DNA from: a virus
Length of the DNA stretch: 64,000 bases
Strand: one strand, 5' to 3'
IMG/VR virus record: IMGVR_UViG_3300032315_000675
Span: 13,404 to 77,403 of that record
Below are positions 49,189 to 58,034 of this stretch, one piece after another. The translations under genes and the position numbers were made by a program. Under the pieces are notes generated by a model that saw nothing but the letters and a program-made list of their open reading frames with translations, was not told the DNA's origin and made no database searches. How positions within the stretch are numbered: position 1 is the stretch's first letter; every line of letters starts with the position of its first letter.

Positions 49189-49896
49189 ATGACATTAACA
49201 ATCGGAGCAGGAATCTCAGTAGGTCCTGGAATCAGCTTTAGTTCATCAGTGCCTGGTGATCCCTATATAGCAGACGTAATCTCTTTAATTCCTATGACAG
49301 GAACAGTAGGCGATGCACCCACTGTTACGTATGGCACAACTAACACGCTCACCGCTGTCGGCACACCACCGTTGATCTCTGCTGCACAGTCTAATTGGGG
49401 AACAACTTCTACCGCGTTTAGCGCCATCGGGTCTCTATATTTGTCAGTACTTCCTGCTATGACCGGGGACCTCACTTGGGAAACTTTTGTATATCCAACT
49501 GAAGTTTCGGGTTCGGGCTTCCATATACTTACTAATTGGAATAGTCCAGCCGGTCGTCTACTTTATATACAATCAGGTGCACTGAATTTTTACAACAGCA
49601 ATGCACCGACGCAGGCAATATCAGGTGGAACCGTAACAGTCAATCAATGGCACCATGTTGCGATATCTCGTACTTCTGGAAACACAAAACTTTTCCTGAA
49701 CGGACAGCAAGTAGGAAGTACGGTATTGAATGATAACTCTAATTTTAGCGGTGCATCAACAAGTTTGGGAATCGGTGGATATTCAGGGAGTTCTGGTGAC
49801 TTTAAAGGTTACATGAACGATGTTCGTATCACAGTCGGCGTTGGCAGATACACTTCTAACTTCACACCAGCTGCACAGCCGTTCCCAGCGTTCTAA
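49189..49896 (+). CDS. LamG/ConA-like lectin-fold protein 5
   Basis: MTLTIGAGISVGPGISF; TWETFVYP, WHHVAISR, LFLNG, GYMNDVRIT.GVGRY. Confidence 0.85.
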   Translation: MTLTIGAGISVGPGISFSSSVPGDPYIADVISLIPMTGTVGDAPTVTYGTTNTLTAVGTPPLISAAQSNWGTTSTAFSAIGSLYLSVLPAMTGDLTWETFVYPTEVSGSGFHILTNWNSPAGRLLYIQSGALNFYNSNAPTQAISGGTVTVNQWHHVAISRTSGNTKLFLNGQQVGSTVLNDNSNFSGASTSLGIGGYSGSSGDFKGYMNDVRITVGVGRYTSNFTPAAQPFPAF

Positions 49897-49912
49897 TTAA
49901 AAAGGAACAGGT

Positions 49913-50752
49913 ATGAAATATCCGCGCCCCGTAGTCGATGCAACACAAGATCCGGGATTACATCGCCGCCCTATCGAGTTTAAGCCGGCTAAATTGCCGA
50001 TCGACATTGCTAAATTTCATTGGGTTCGTGACAAGCCTGACCGCAGAGATTATCTCTACATACCAACTACTACAAAAACACCGTCTACGGTCGACTTGAG
50101 AGAGTTCACGACGCCCGTAGAAGATCAAGGTAGCTTGGGTAGCTGCACGGGACATGCTGTTGCAAGCGCGATTGAATTGATCAATAAGAAGAATAAGATT
50201 GTCAACGAAATTAGTAGATTGTTCATATACTACTACGAACGTCTGTTGATTGGCACTGTACACTACGATAGCGGAGCGTACATCAGAGATGGAATCAAAG
50301 CTACAAACCGCTGGGGCGCACCAGTAGAAAACTTATGGCCCTATAACATATCTAAGTTTAGGGTAGCTCCATCTCGCCCTGCTATCATGGATGCGTCAAA
50401 GCGCAAAGTCACCCGGTATGAACGTGCTATTAACTTCAACGCCTGCATTGATGCACTGTCAAACGGGTACCCGGTCATTGTCGGATTCACTGTTTACAGC
50501 AGCTTCATAAGCGGCAATTGGCATCGTACTACTGCTGTCATGCCCTACCCTAATACCCGCTCAGAGAGAGTATTAGGGGGACACGCAGTGCTTCTAGTAG
50601 GATACAACAATTCCACTCAACGCTTCATTGTCAAGAATAGCTGGGGAACCAATTGGGGCGATGGAGGATACTTTTACATGCCGTATCAGGTAATACAGAA
50701 CACTAGAATGAGCGCAGATTTTTGGGTTATCAAGGGTGTGAATAATCCGTAA
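49913..50752 (+). CDS. papain-like cysteine protease (C1A)
   Basis: DQGSLGSCTGHA, GGHAVLLVGY, KNSWG..WGDGGY. Confidence 0.93.
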   Translation: MKYPRPVVDATQDPGLHRRPIEFKPAKLPIDIAKFHWVRDKPDRRDYLYIPTTTKTPSTVDLREFTTPVEDQGSLGSCTGHAVASAIELINKKNKIVNEISRLFIYYYERLLIGTVHYDSGAYIRDGIKATNRWGAPVENLWPYNISKFRVAPSRPAIMDASKRKVTRYERAINFNACIDALSNGYPVIVGFTVYSSFISGNWHRTTAVMPYPNTRSERVLGGHAVLLVGYNNSTQRFIVKNSWGTNWGDGGYFYMPYQVIQNTRMSADFWVIKGVNNP

Positions 50753-50774
50753 AAGCCCCCGAAAGGGGGCTTTT
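50751..50774. terminator. bidirectional intrinsic terminator
   Basis: AAAAGCCCCC-GAAA-GGGGGCTTTT between convergent gene blocks. Confidence 0.9.
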
Positions 50775-50778
50775 ATTC

Positions 50779-50856
50779 TTAGCGATCTTCTTAGCGATCT
50801 TTCTCTTTACAAATCAACAACTAACGATCTTATTAGCGATCTTCTTAGCGATCTTC
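50779..50856. repeat. five 12-bp direct repeats TTAGCGATCTTC
   Basis: units at 50779, 50791, 50821, 50833, 50845. Confidence 0.9.
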
Positions 50857-50866
50857 TTAAAATCTG

Positions 50867-51328
50867 TCAACTGTTGTCTTCGTCCTGCGTCAGAAAATCG
50901 GAAACAAGTCCGACCGTGTCCGGACCACTGTAGGACAACGCCTCTTCTTTTTGAGTATCTGTAAGTGTTGCAAGAAAACCCGTCATGCGGGCTGGCGGGG
51001 TCACATCCCAGTCATTCCACATATCTTCTGAAAACAGGACCGGATCGTACCCAGGCCAGATGCGCGGTGACCCTTGATCGGACGCCAGCACTATCTCGGC
51101 AGCGGTCCGACGGTCAACGAAGCGTCCTCGATTGGTGATGAACCCTTGATCGTCGTACGGCTTACCGAGAAAGTTCAGCCAATTTATGCAATCACCATGA
51201 CGACCTGGTCTCTCGACAAGCACTATTACCCCATCGACACGCACCGCAGCAGCAACGATCAGTTCAGTCTGAGCCTCAATACGGTCTTTGATATCTGCGT
51301 GTTCGGCGTCGGTAAGTGGGGAAGCCAT
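50867..51328 (-). CDS. hypothetical protein
   Basis: IVAAA...RHGDC...DQGFITNRGRFVDR...LFSEDMW. Confidence 0.75.
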   Translation of the reverse strand: MASPLTDAEHADIKDRIEAQTELIVAAAVRVDGVIVLVERPGRHGDCINWLNFLGKPYDDQGFITNRGRFVDRRTAAEIVLASDQGSPRIWPGYDPVLFSEDMWNDWDVTPPARMTGFLATLTDTQKEEALSYSGPDTVGLVSDFLTQDEDNS

Positions 51329-51342
51329 TACATCCCTCTTAT

Positions 51343-51546
51343 TTAGCGATCACGCGGAAGAGAGTCAATCTCTGCCAGCATTGCTGAAACTTCAGCGAGG
51401 TCCTTAGCAACGAGCTTCACATTGTGCCAGTCATCGCCCGAATCACGCCCGCTAACTTCTACCATATAAGCATTGTCATAGAAGTAGACGTTTACGCATT
51501 CACAAGCCCTAGACAGCTTGTCTCCGAACTTTGTAATCTTAGTCAT
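51343..51546 (-). CDS. hypothetical protein
   Basis: short ORF overlapping the upstream stop. Confidence 0.7.
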   Translation of the reverse strand: MTKITKFGDKLSRACECVNVYFYDNAYMVEVSGRDSGDDWHNVKLVAKDLAEVSAMLAEIDSLPRDR

Positions 51547-51901
51547 TCACCGCCTCCAGTACGTCTTCGACAGTGACATCCTTGCGGGGGCGAGACTTGA
51601 TAGTCTCAAGCGAGGGCTTCGACTTCACGCGAACTTCGCCTCTACCGGCTTCACGTTCTTTGTCGTAAAGAGTCTCCTCAATAGTAGCTTGATCTTCAAG
51701 CGACGAGAACTCCTTTCGAGTAAGCATATACTTGAGAGCCTCGATCTTGGTCATTTCATTGGGTAGCTCGATGAAGTCACATCGAGTAGCGCCACCCTTC
51801 GTAAACTGCTTCACACGACGAACCATGTCTTCTGTGAAGCGAACCTTAGCATTGCCATTATGCACGGTAATGCCAACAACCTTAAAAACTTGTGTAGTCA
51901 T
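51539..51901 (-). CDS. hypothetical protein
   Basis: AAGGAG SD; own promoter. Confidence 0.75.
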   Translation of the reverse strand: MTTQVFKVVGITVHNGNAKVRFTEDMVRRVKQFTKGGATRCDFIELPNEMTKIEALKYMLTRKEFSSLEDQATIEETLYDKEREAGRGEVRVKSKPSLETIKSRPRKDVTVEDVLEAVND

Positions 51902-51935
51902 AGTATCTCCTTCATAGTGCGAAATTGCACATTAG

Positions 51936-51980
51936 TAATATTAACAAAATAGGGTACCAAAGTCAAAGACTTTGGTACCC
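51936..51980 (-). promoter_or_regulatory. stem-loop promoter cassette
   Basis: perfect GGGTACCAAAGTC-aaa-GACTTTGGTACCC inverted repeat overlapping the TTGACT -35. Confidence 0.7.
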
Positions 51981-51988
51981 AAAATGCT

Positions 51989-52135
51989 TTAGAAAGCACA
52001 CGCCCCCTGAGAAATCAGGGTCGATCCAAAGATCGCCCGAGCCTTCTGAATAGCCTCATATGCGTTCGATGCCTGAAGCGTCATCTTCATCGGTGAACCG
52101 TTCGAGTTACGAATAAGAACCCAGTAGTTATACAT
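51989..52135 (-). CDS. hypothetical protein (48 aa, not in ORF track)
   Basis: GGAGG SD; MYNYWVLIRN...ASNAYEAIQKARAIFG. Confidence 0.65.
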   Translation of the reverse strand: MYNYWVLIRNSNGSPMKMTLQASNAYEAIQKARAIFGSTLISQGACAF

Positions 52136-52247
52136 AGTTAGCCTCCAAATGCCAAAACAAGAATAAGAAAAGAGCTACACACAATAAACTCACTATAATA
52201 CGCCGTGTAGCAGAGCATATTAAAAACGATTTCTTTTACTTTTTGCA

Positions 52248-52598
52248 TTACGCCTCCAACACGTAGGGCTTGTTCCACTTGCCAACGTTGACATCAACGT
52301 AGTAAGCAATATCAAAATAGTCAATCTCCGCGCGGGTATTATTATACCATCCTGCGCTCTTGAGAGCAACAAACGCTTCGGTGAGAAACTCCTTAGCGAC
52401 ACCTTCGTAATGCTCGTGGAACCAATAGGGGTTAACCTGTTCGCGGGCAGAACCGAAATCAATCTTGCCAGACTTAAGAGTCAACACGATGCTAGAATGA
52501 TCACGGACAGAAAGGGTGCCCTTCATGTTGTACTTTTTGAGGATAGGCTTCAAGTTAGAAGCGATGATTGCTTTACGCTCTTGATTCATATAAGCCAT
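52248..52598 (-). CDS. hypothetical early protein
   Basis: MAYMNQERK...DYFDIAYY...GKWNKPY; promoter copy upstream. Confidence 0.8.
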   Translation of the reverse strand: MAYMNQERKAIIASNLKPILKKYNMKGTLSVRDHSSIVLTLKSGKIDFGSAREQVNPYWFHEHYEGVAKEFLTEAFVALKSAGWYNNTRAEIDYFDIAYYVDVNVGKWNKPYVLEA

Positions 52599-52609
52599 CT
52601 GAGTAACTC

Positions 52610-52668
52610 CGTTTGTGTGTGTCTGTCTATGATTCAATGTAGCAAATCAAATACCCGAAGTCAAGCCT
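52610..52668 (-). promoter_or_regulatory. early promoter (repeat family)
   Basis: reverse complement TTGACTTCGGGTATTTGATTTGCTACATTGAATCATAGACAGAC matches the copies at 28203 and 28542. Confidence 0.8.
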
Positions 52669-52683
52669 TTTCTCACCGAAAAA

Positions 52684-52908
52684 TCAACTCAGATTGAACT
52701 TTTTTTCCAGTTCAACGTGCCCGGCAATCGCTTCACTACGAGTCTGGTACAGAGCCAGAATCTCAGATTCTCCCGAACTGAACAAGCAGGACTCATACGT
52801 ATACCCAAGGTCAAACCAAGGCACGTGAGGCAGTTCTACTGTAGACAGTTCAATAGTAGGTTCCTTAAAAAACCCACCGTTGTTGCTGATCATCTGAAAG
52901 CGGTTCAT
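52684..52908 (-). CDS. hypothetical protein
   Basis: LSTV...YESCLF...EAIAGH; own promoter. Confidence 0.7.
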   Translation of the reverse strand: MNRFQMISNNGGFFKEPTIELSTVELPHVPWFDLGYTYESCLFSSGESEILALYQTRSEAIAGHVELEKKFNLS

Positions 52909-52994
52909 AATGGAAAATCCCTCATTTCAAGCTATAGATAAACTATATGCCCGAAACGAGGGAATGTCAACCTTTTTATATGGTGTTATCCGTT

Positions 52995-53618
52995 TTATGT
53001 GTAGAAGACATGCGCCCCGATTTGTCCTAATCGTTGCACGTTTCTCCAACCGGGTCTAACGTAAATAGCATGAAAATAAAGTGCTTCTTCCATGCCTTTG
53101 ACTCGTTTGCCATTTTCTAGCACATCTAACGCGATGTATATTGCTTCTTGCCAGCTAGGTCCTTGAGGAATAGTCCGGCGTCGACTGGGATTGCTTGTCC
53201 ACGAAAATTGGGACGGAGCGTATACAACATCACAGATGCTACCTCCAAATCTTGAATCCCGGACGCGGTTAAGTGTAACCTGAGCGACAGCGTATCTACC
53301 CGTTATAGGTTCGCCGCGCGCCTCATAGTAAATGTTCTTTGCTAGGCAAAGAAAGTCTGCATCGGTGTATTGAATTGTCTCTGCGGTTTCTACTACTGAA
53401 AAGAGCCTGGCATTAGCATATTGCTGCTCAAGCATTTCTTCTCTTGTGAGAACCGGAGGAAGTGTAGATATCTGTATAGTCGGATCTACTACGGGGTCTT
53501 CATTAGCGTAAGTTTTTGTAGATGTAGTTTGCCATATAAAAGTTATTGATAGTACTGCTAGTAAAACTTTCCACATAGCAGTTGTTCGTTTAGTATCTAA
53601 AAGTTGAGAATTACACAT
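52995..53618 (-). CDS. SleB-type cell wall hydrolase (Hydrolase_2)
   Basis: CLAKNIYYEARGE, VAQVTLNRV, QFSW, ALYFHA, IGAHVFY; N-terminal signal/TM. Confidence 0.92.
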   Translation of the reverse strand: MCNSQLLDTKRTTAMWKVLLAVLSITFIWQTTSTKTYANEDPVVDPTIQISTLPPVLTREEMLEQQYANARLFSVVETAETIQYTDADFLCLAKNIYYEARGEPITGRYAVAQVTLNRVRDSRFGGSICDVVYAPSQFSWTSNPSRRRTIPQGPSWQEAIYIALDVLENGKRVKGMEEALYFHAIYVRPGWRNVQRLGQIGAHVFYT

Positions 53619-53883
53619 ATTATTTCCTTAATTGGGCCGCCATAATGTTGTCTAAGCAAGAGGCCTAGCAATCTTAAAGTAGCACTTCCGATAAAGTATG
53701 TGTAAAAGGAAAAGCCGCAATTTCTTGCGGCTATGCAATTTTTCATACTCTATAAGCACAATCAACTGAAATATCAGTTAATTAAGACCTTCATCGGGCT
53801 AACCCAAATCTGATCCTTTTGTCAGAATTCTCACAACTGACATATATATTTATCAGCACTCCCCCCTAGAAAAGTGCTTATAT

Positions 53884-54198
53884 TTAACCGTCGACTCGAT
53901 GAGACTTAAACTCAAGCTGCGTCACATTACGAATAGTGAAGCTGCGCCAAGCCTTTGCTTCCAAATCGTAGACAGCCATCGTATTGTCGTTGACTGCTCT
54001 CTTTTTCTTTGGCTCACCTGATTCGTTAATCGGAGCAGGGGGCAATAGAGTTGCATCGAGGGTGCATTGCATGACACGTTCAGTTCCGTCTTTCTTAGTG
54101 AACGTGATCGTTGCAGAGCCAACCTTGAGCATACCCTTTAGCCAAGGACCAAAGTTTTCCCATTCAGTCTCGGTCATACTATCGTTAAATTGGTTCAT
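53884..54198 (-). CDS. WYL-like/SH3 beta-barrel phage protein
   Basis: ITFTKKDGTERVMQCTL...VYDLEAKAWRSF. Confidence 0.75.
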   Translation of the reverse strand: MNQFNDSMTETEWENFGPWLKGMLKVGSATITFTKKDGTERVMQCTLDATLLPPAPINESGEPKKKRAVNDNTMAVYDLEAKAWRSFTIRNVTQLEFKSHRVDG

Positions 54199-54496
54199 TG
54201 GTCTTTTCTTTCCAAGGTGTAAAAAAGTTCTTGATCATAAGATCGTCCGTCCAGTCAGATGCATAAGCATTGCGTTCATCACACAGTGCCAATGCTTCTT
54301 CTTTAGACACTACTTTATGTCCAAGAATGATATCGGTCGGTAGCAAATGCACCTGACTAAATTCGGTGGCTTCTTCCATAGCAACCGTGTCTAATGCGTA
54401 TTCAGCTTTACCTTTCGGCACTTCAACCATGTAGCTAATCTTAAACTGCGACAGGGTTTCTACTAGAACCCACTCTGTCTCATTGGCGTCTTGCAT
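54185..54496 (-). CDS. hypothetical protein
   Basis: WVLVET...YALDTV...EFSQVHL. Confidence 0.75.
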   Translation of the reverse strand: MQDANETEWVLVETLSQFKISYMVEVPKGKAEYALDTVAMEEATEFSQVHLLPTDIILGHKVVSKEEALALCDERNAYASDWTDDLMIKNFFTPWKEKTNEPI

Positions 54497-54782
54497 TTTT
54501 ACACCTATCTAACCGTGTTTTCAACAAATCATATATCAAAACGAAACCATAACTAAGGTAAATAATACACATCACCGTCAGGTACACTAACAATAGCAAA
54601 AATGCGAAAATTAGAAATACCGTCAAGACTAGAATGCTGTTCAGATTATTAGACACCGACTTTGGTTTCTGCTAATTGACTAATATTCATCGTGTTTCCT
54701 TTATACTTTAAATTATAGATAACTCTTGATTCAATCGCAACACATAAGGGTAGATTCGGCTGGTGTTTCACAGCCGAATCTT

Positions 54783-55106
54783 TCACTTAGGTGCAATAGG
54801 CTTACGAATTTTTAGAATCTTACGATCTTCCTCACTTAGCCTATTCCACACCGCTTGCTTGATTTCATACAAGCGTTGCTTCTCTTTGCGCTGTGCAACT
54901 TTGGTAGCAGCAGCCTTTGCTAGCTTTGCCCAGTATTCACGAGTCTCGTCATCCGCAAGGAACAAGAAGGTAGCGTGACCGGACTTTACCAAAGAAACTA
55001 GGGACTTACGAGCAATACGCTCGTCCAACCTAACGTAGTTCTTTTGATCAGTACCACGAAGGATTTCTTCGTAAATTTCAGGTGCGATGTGTTGGTCTTC
55101 GCTCAC
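54783..55106 (-). CDS. hypothetical protein
   Basis: GTGA overlap; C-terminal RLSEEDRKILKI. Confidence 0.7.
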   Translation of the reverse strand: MSEDQHIAPEIYEEILRGTDQKNYVRLDERIARKSLVSLVKSGHATFLFLADDETREYWAKLAKAAATKVAQRKEKQRLYEIKQAVWNRLSEEDRKILKIRKPIAPK

Positions 55107-55558
55107 TTCTTTGCTCCTTTCTTGTTTAGGCCGAACGCAGCGAGTTCTTCTGGAGTCAGCTTTTCTGCTACCGCAGCACGAATCTCATCTTCCTGACGCT
55201 GCTTTTCAGCTAGCTTAGCCTGACGGGCGGCTTCACGCTGACAAGCAGCTTTGGCCCTGTCGCGGTCAGCGATCATTTGACCGTACCAAACCTTAACAGT
55301 CTTGTTTGACTTTAGCAGATCCTCAAGAGAGATGCCGGCTTCAAGCGCCTCTAGTGCAGCCTGAGCAACATCACCGTCTCTAGTGTCATACTGGGTCTTG
55401 CTATATGAGTACATATTCTTCTCTCGTTCTACATGCTTTAGTGCATCATAAATGTTTTTGGTTGACATGCTACTTACATTATCTATGGACCAGCTAGTGG
55501 AAACATAACTTTTATTAAGTAGGTCTGCTACTCTCGCAATCCATTCATCATCGTTCAT
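55103..55558 (-). CDS. hypothetical protein
   Basis: C-terminal KLTPEELAAFGL resembles the neighbour's tail. Confidence 0.7.
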   Translation of the reverse strand: MNDDEWIARVADLLNKSYVSTSWSIDNVSSMSTKNIYDALKHVEREKNMYSYSKTQYDTRDGDVAQAALEALEAGISLEDLLKSNKTVKVWYGQMIADRDRAKAACQREAARQAKLAEKQRQEDEIRAAVAEKLTPEELAAFGLNKKGAKK

Positions 55559-55567
55559 AATCTACCC

Positions 55568-56167
55568 TCACATGATAGGTCCGTTACCGTTCTTGAAACC
55601 AACCTGACCACCCTGATCTTTGATGCGCTGAATAACTTCTTCAAACAGGATAGGAGTGAAGTCAGTGTGTTCAACACATACAGAGAAGTAATCAGGATCA
55701 ATCTCATCACTGTACAAGATTTCACCGGTCTTCACGTTAACACCGCGCATCTTGCGAACACGATTTCCGTGAGTATGACCGTGAATGTTACACCCGAAAC
55801 GAGCAAGACTATCCTTGCTGATTGGAATGTGAGTCAAGATCATTCCATTCATCACATGACAACCCCGGACATCACGGAAATAAGGAGTGTAGTCAGACAG
55901 TCTAAAGATATCGTGATTGCCCCTGATCAAAACTTTATCGCCGTTGAGACGATCCATGATGGCGAGAGCCTTACGATTGATAACAACGTCACCCAGATGG
56001 TAGACCTTATCGTTCGGACCCACAGTGTCGTTCCACCGCTTGACCATTTCTTCGTCCATTTCCTGAACGTCATCCCATGGGCGCACAGGAGAACCATCGT
56101 AGTTCGTGAACTTGCAGATGTTGGTGTGACCGAAGTGAGTATCACTAGTCAAGAATACAGATGGCAT
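55568..56167 (-). CDS. calcineurin-like phosphoesterase
   Basis: SDTHFGH, HLGDV, RGNHD, THIP, HGHTH. Confidence 0.92.
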   Translation of the reverse strand: MPSVFLTSDTHFGHTNICKFTNYDGSPVRPWDDVQEMDEEMVKRWNDTVGPNDKVYHLGDVVINRKALAIMDRLNGDKVLIRGNHDIFRLSDYTPYFRDVRGCHVMNGMILTHIPISKDSLARFGCNIHGHTHGNRVRKMRGVNVKTGEILYSDEIDPDYFSVCVEHTDFTPILFEEVIQRIKDQGGQVGFKNGNGPIM

Positions 56168-56243
56168 TTTAATCTCCTTATTTTTTTATATTACATAGTT
56201 TTGGTTTAAATGTCAAGACCTTTTTATCCATATAAATATCTCA

Positions 56244-56696
56244 ATGATAGGGCAACTCTCATTGATCACGTTTGATGAAATCTATCCGATCTGGAGTACT
56301 TACCTATGGCCCGATAGACTAAGCGATATCACACCCAACAGTGCGATGTGCTTCTTAGAAGGTTATGATTCGTTTAATATGGAAATGACACCCGCGTTCT
56401 TCGCCATTCTTATCAATGGAGAGATCGCGGGTGTCAATAGCGGGCATATGTGCAAGGACCTTCAATATCGTTCAAGAGGTCTTTTTGTGTTTGAAAAGTT
56501 TAGGGGAAAGAATCTCGGAAGAGACTTGCTGCTAGCAACAATTGATCAAGCACGAAACGAAGGTGCTGTTATGTGCTGGAGCTATCCTAGAAAATCGAGT
56601 TGGAAGTCATATCTTTCTGCTGGTTTCGAATTAGCTTCTGACTGGGAGTGTTCTGAAACTAGCGATGCAAATGCATATTGCAAGATAAATTTATGA
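56244..56696 (+). CDS. GNAT acetyltransferase
   Basis: GLFV..KFRGKNLGRDLL...YLSAGF; TATAAATA upstream. Confidence 0.85.
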   Translation: MIGQLSLITFDEIYPIWSTYLWPDRLSDITPNSAMCFLEGYDSFNMEMTPAFFAILINGEIAGVNSGHMCKDLQYRSRGLFVFEKFRGKNLGRDLLLATIDQARNEGAVMCWSYPRKSSWKSYLSAGFELASDWECSETSDANAYCKINL

Positions 56697-56699
56697 TGG

Positions 56700-57188
56700 T
56701 TAAAACCATATTCCTTCAAAGCGCATTCTTTTAATGAATGACAGATAGTTACTGATCACACCATAACATCTAAACTTCACTGTACTAAGCAATCCTCTAT
56801 CTACTCGTTCAGGTATGAACATGATGTTGTTAGCAGCTAGCGGAACATTTCCAGGGACAATCACTTGTCCCCCGCTTGTAGTTGGCGTGTTTGATTCAGT
56901 GTCATTCGAGAACTGAAAATAGTTCGGATATAGTTTTGGTGGTTGACTCTGTAACCAGGTGTACATGTCGGCGTTACTAGCATTTAGCCAAAACCTATTG
57001 CCTCTCAAATACTCTGCTGTGACAGGTATGAGAGGTTGGTCAGTACCTAAATATATTTGATCGTCTACTCTCCATACGTCAACCATACACGAGAAGCCGT
57101 GATTGAACGCTCTTCCAATTTGGTCAGGAGTGTTGGCATCTTGAAAATTAGTGCCATCGTAGATGCCTTGATACGCTATGTAAATCAT
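56700..57188 (-). CDS. degenerate GDPD/PLC-like phosphodiesterase fold
   Basis: IAYQG...NTPDQI...GFSCMVDVW...YLGTD; catalytic His residues appear replaced. Confidence 0.55.
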   Translation of the reverse strand: MIYIAYQGIYDGTNFQDANTPDQIGRAFNHGFSCMVDVWRVDDQIYLGTDQPLIPVTAEYLRGNRFWLNASNADMYTWLQSQPPKLYPNYFQFSNDTESNTPTTSGGQVIVPGNVPLAANNIMFIPERVDRGLLSTVKFRCYGVISNYLSFIKRMRFEGIWF

Positions 57189-57210
57189 AACGTATTTATC
57201 TTAAAAGATT

Positions 57211-57285
57211 TGGAGCGGGCAGGGGGATTCGAACCCCCGACATTCACCTTGGCAAGGTGACGCTCTACCACTGAGCTATGCCCGC
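57211..57285 (-). tRNA. tRNA-Gly(GCC)
   Basis: cloverleaf; anticodon loop TTGCCAA; encoded CCA. Confidence 0.95.
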
Positions 57286-57286
57286 A

Positions 57287-57715
57287 TTAAGTTGATTCAG
57301 TGAACTTATCAACAAAGTCTTTATTATGTGATATAACCCTAATACTGTTTTTTTGTCTATAAACGATATTTTCGATCTTACCAGAGTTTACCATACCGAC
57401 AGCCCAATCAACGACTTCTAGTGAGATTTCGTTACCGGCAGACACTATACTTACGTAAGGAATGCCGTCTTTCACTGCATCGATCATTATCATCCCGATT
57501 TCATCAGGTTTAAATGAGATAGGAACTGCTACGTTAGATTTCCAAACACACTTGAATCCTTGACAAGGATTAGCGGGCCTAAGAGGATAGATAGAACATC
57601 CTGTCTTAGATGCGAAGTGACACGGTTTTCCCGGATACATTTCAAAGCCGTATATAGTAGCAGTCAAGTGTCCCTGACAGCATTTATTACAACCGTCACA
57701 TTTTCTGTCAATCAT
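57287..57715 (-). CDS. CxxCxxCC (YkgJ-like) Cys-cluster protein
   Basis: CDGCNKCC...CHF...CSIY..RP..C..FKC. Confidence 0.8.
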   Translation of the reverse strand: MIDRKCDGCNKCCQGHLTATIYGFEMYPGKPCHFASKTGCSIYPLRPANPCQGFKCVWKSNVAVPISFKPDEIGMIMIDAVKDGIPYVSIVSAGNEISLEVVDWAVGMVNSGKIENIVYRQKNSIRVISHNKDFVDKFTEST

Positions 57716-57731
57716 ATCTCACGTACTGTTT

Positions 57732-57805
57732 TGGAGCGGCATAAGGGAATCGAACCCTTCTAGTCAGCTTGGAAGGCTGGAGCATTACCACTATGCTAAT
57801 GCCGC
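57732..57805 (-). tRNA. tRNA-Gly(TCC)
   Basis: cloverleaf; loop CTTCCAA; CCA. Confidence 0.93.
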
Positions 57806-57812
57806 TTAGTAT

Positions 57813-57891
57813 TGGTTGCGGGAGTTGGATTTGAACCAACGATTTCCGATTTATGAGACCGGCGAGGACGACCCAACTCCTCTACCCCGCG
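57813..57891 (-). tRNA. tRNA-Met(CAT), initiator-like
   Basis: C1xA72 mismatch, A11-U24, TTCAAAT T-loop; anticodon stem lacks the three G-C pairs. Confidence 0.88.
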
Positions 57892-57896
57892 ATAAA

Positions 57897-58033
57897 CTAT
57901 TTTGAAGAACACTGACTTACCTCAATATCGTAGCTCGGGCTGCATCAGATATATCTTGGTTATTCCGCTAAGAACCAACTATCTTCATCCCTCTTTTACT
58001 CTGGATAGTCGGCATCAGTATTCATCAAAATAG
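57897..58033 (-). ncRNA. stem-bounded small RNA B
   Basis: CTATTTTGATGAATACTGA...TCAGTGTTCTTCAAAATAG terminal stem. Confidence 0.6.
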
Positions 58034-58034
58034 A

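Noticed and set aside
40428-49475. Many antisense ORFs in the fibre genes
   Set aside because: Expected from codon bias in Gly/Asn/Thr/Val-rich proteins.
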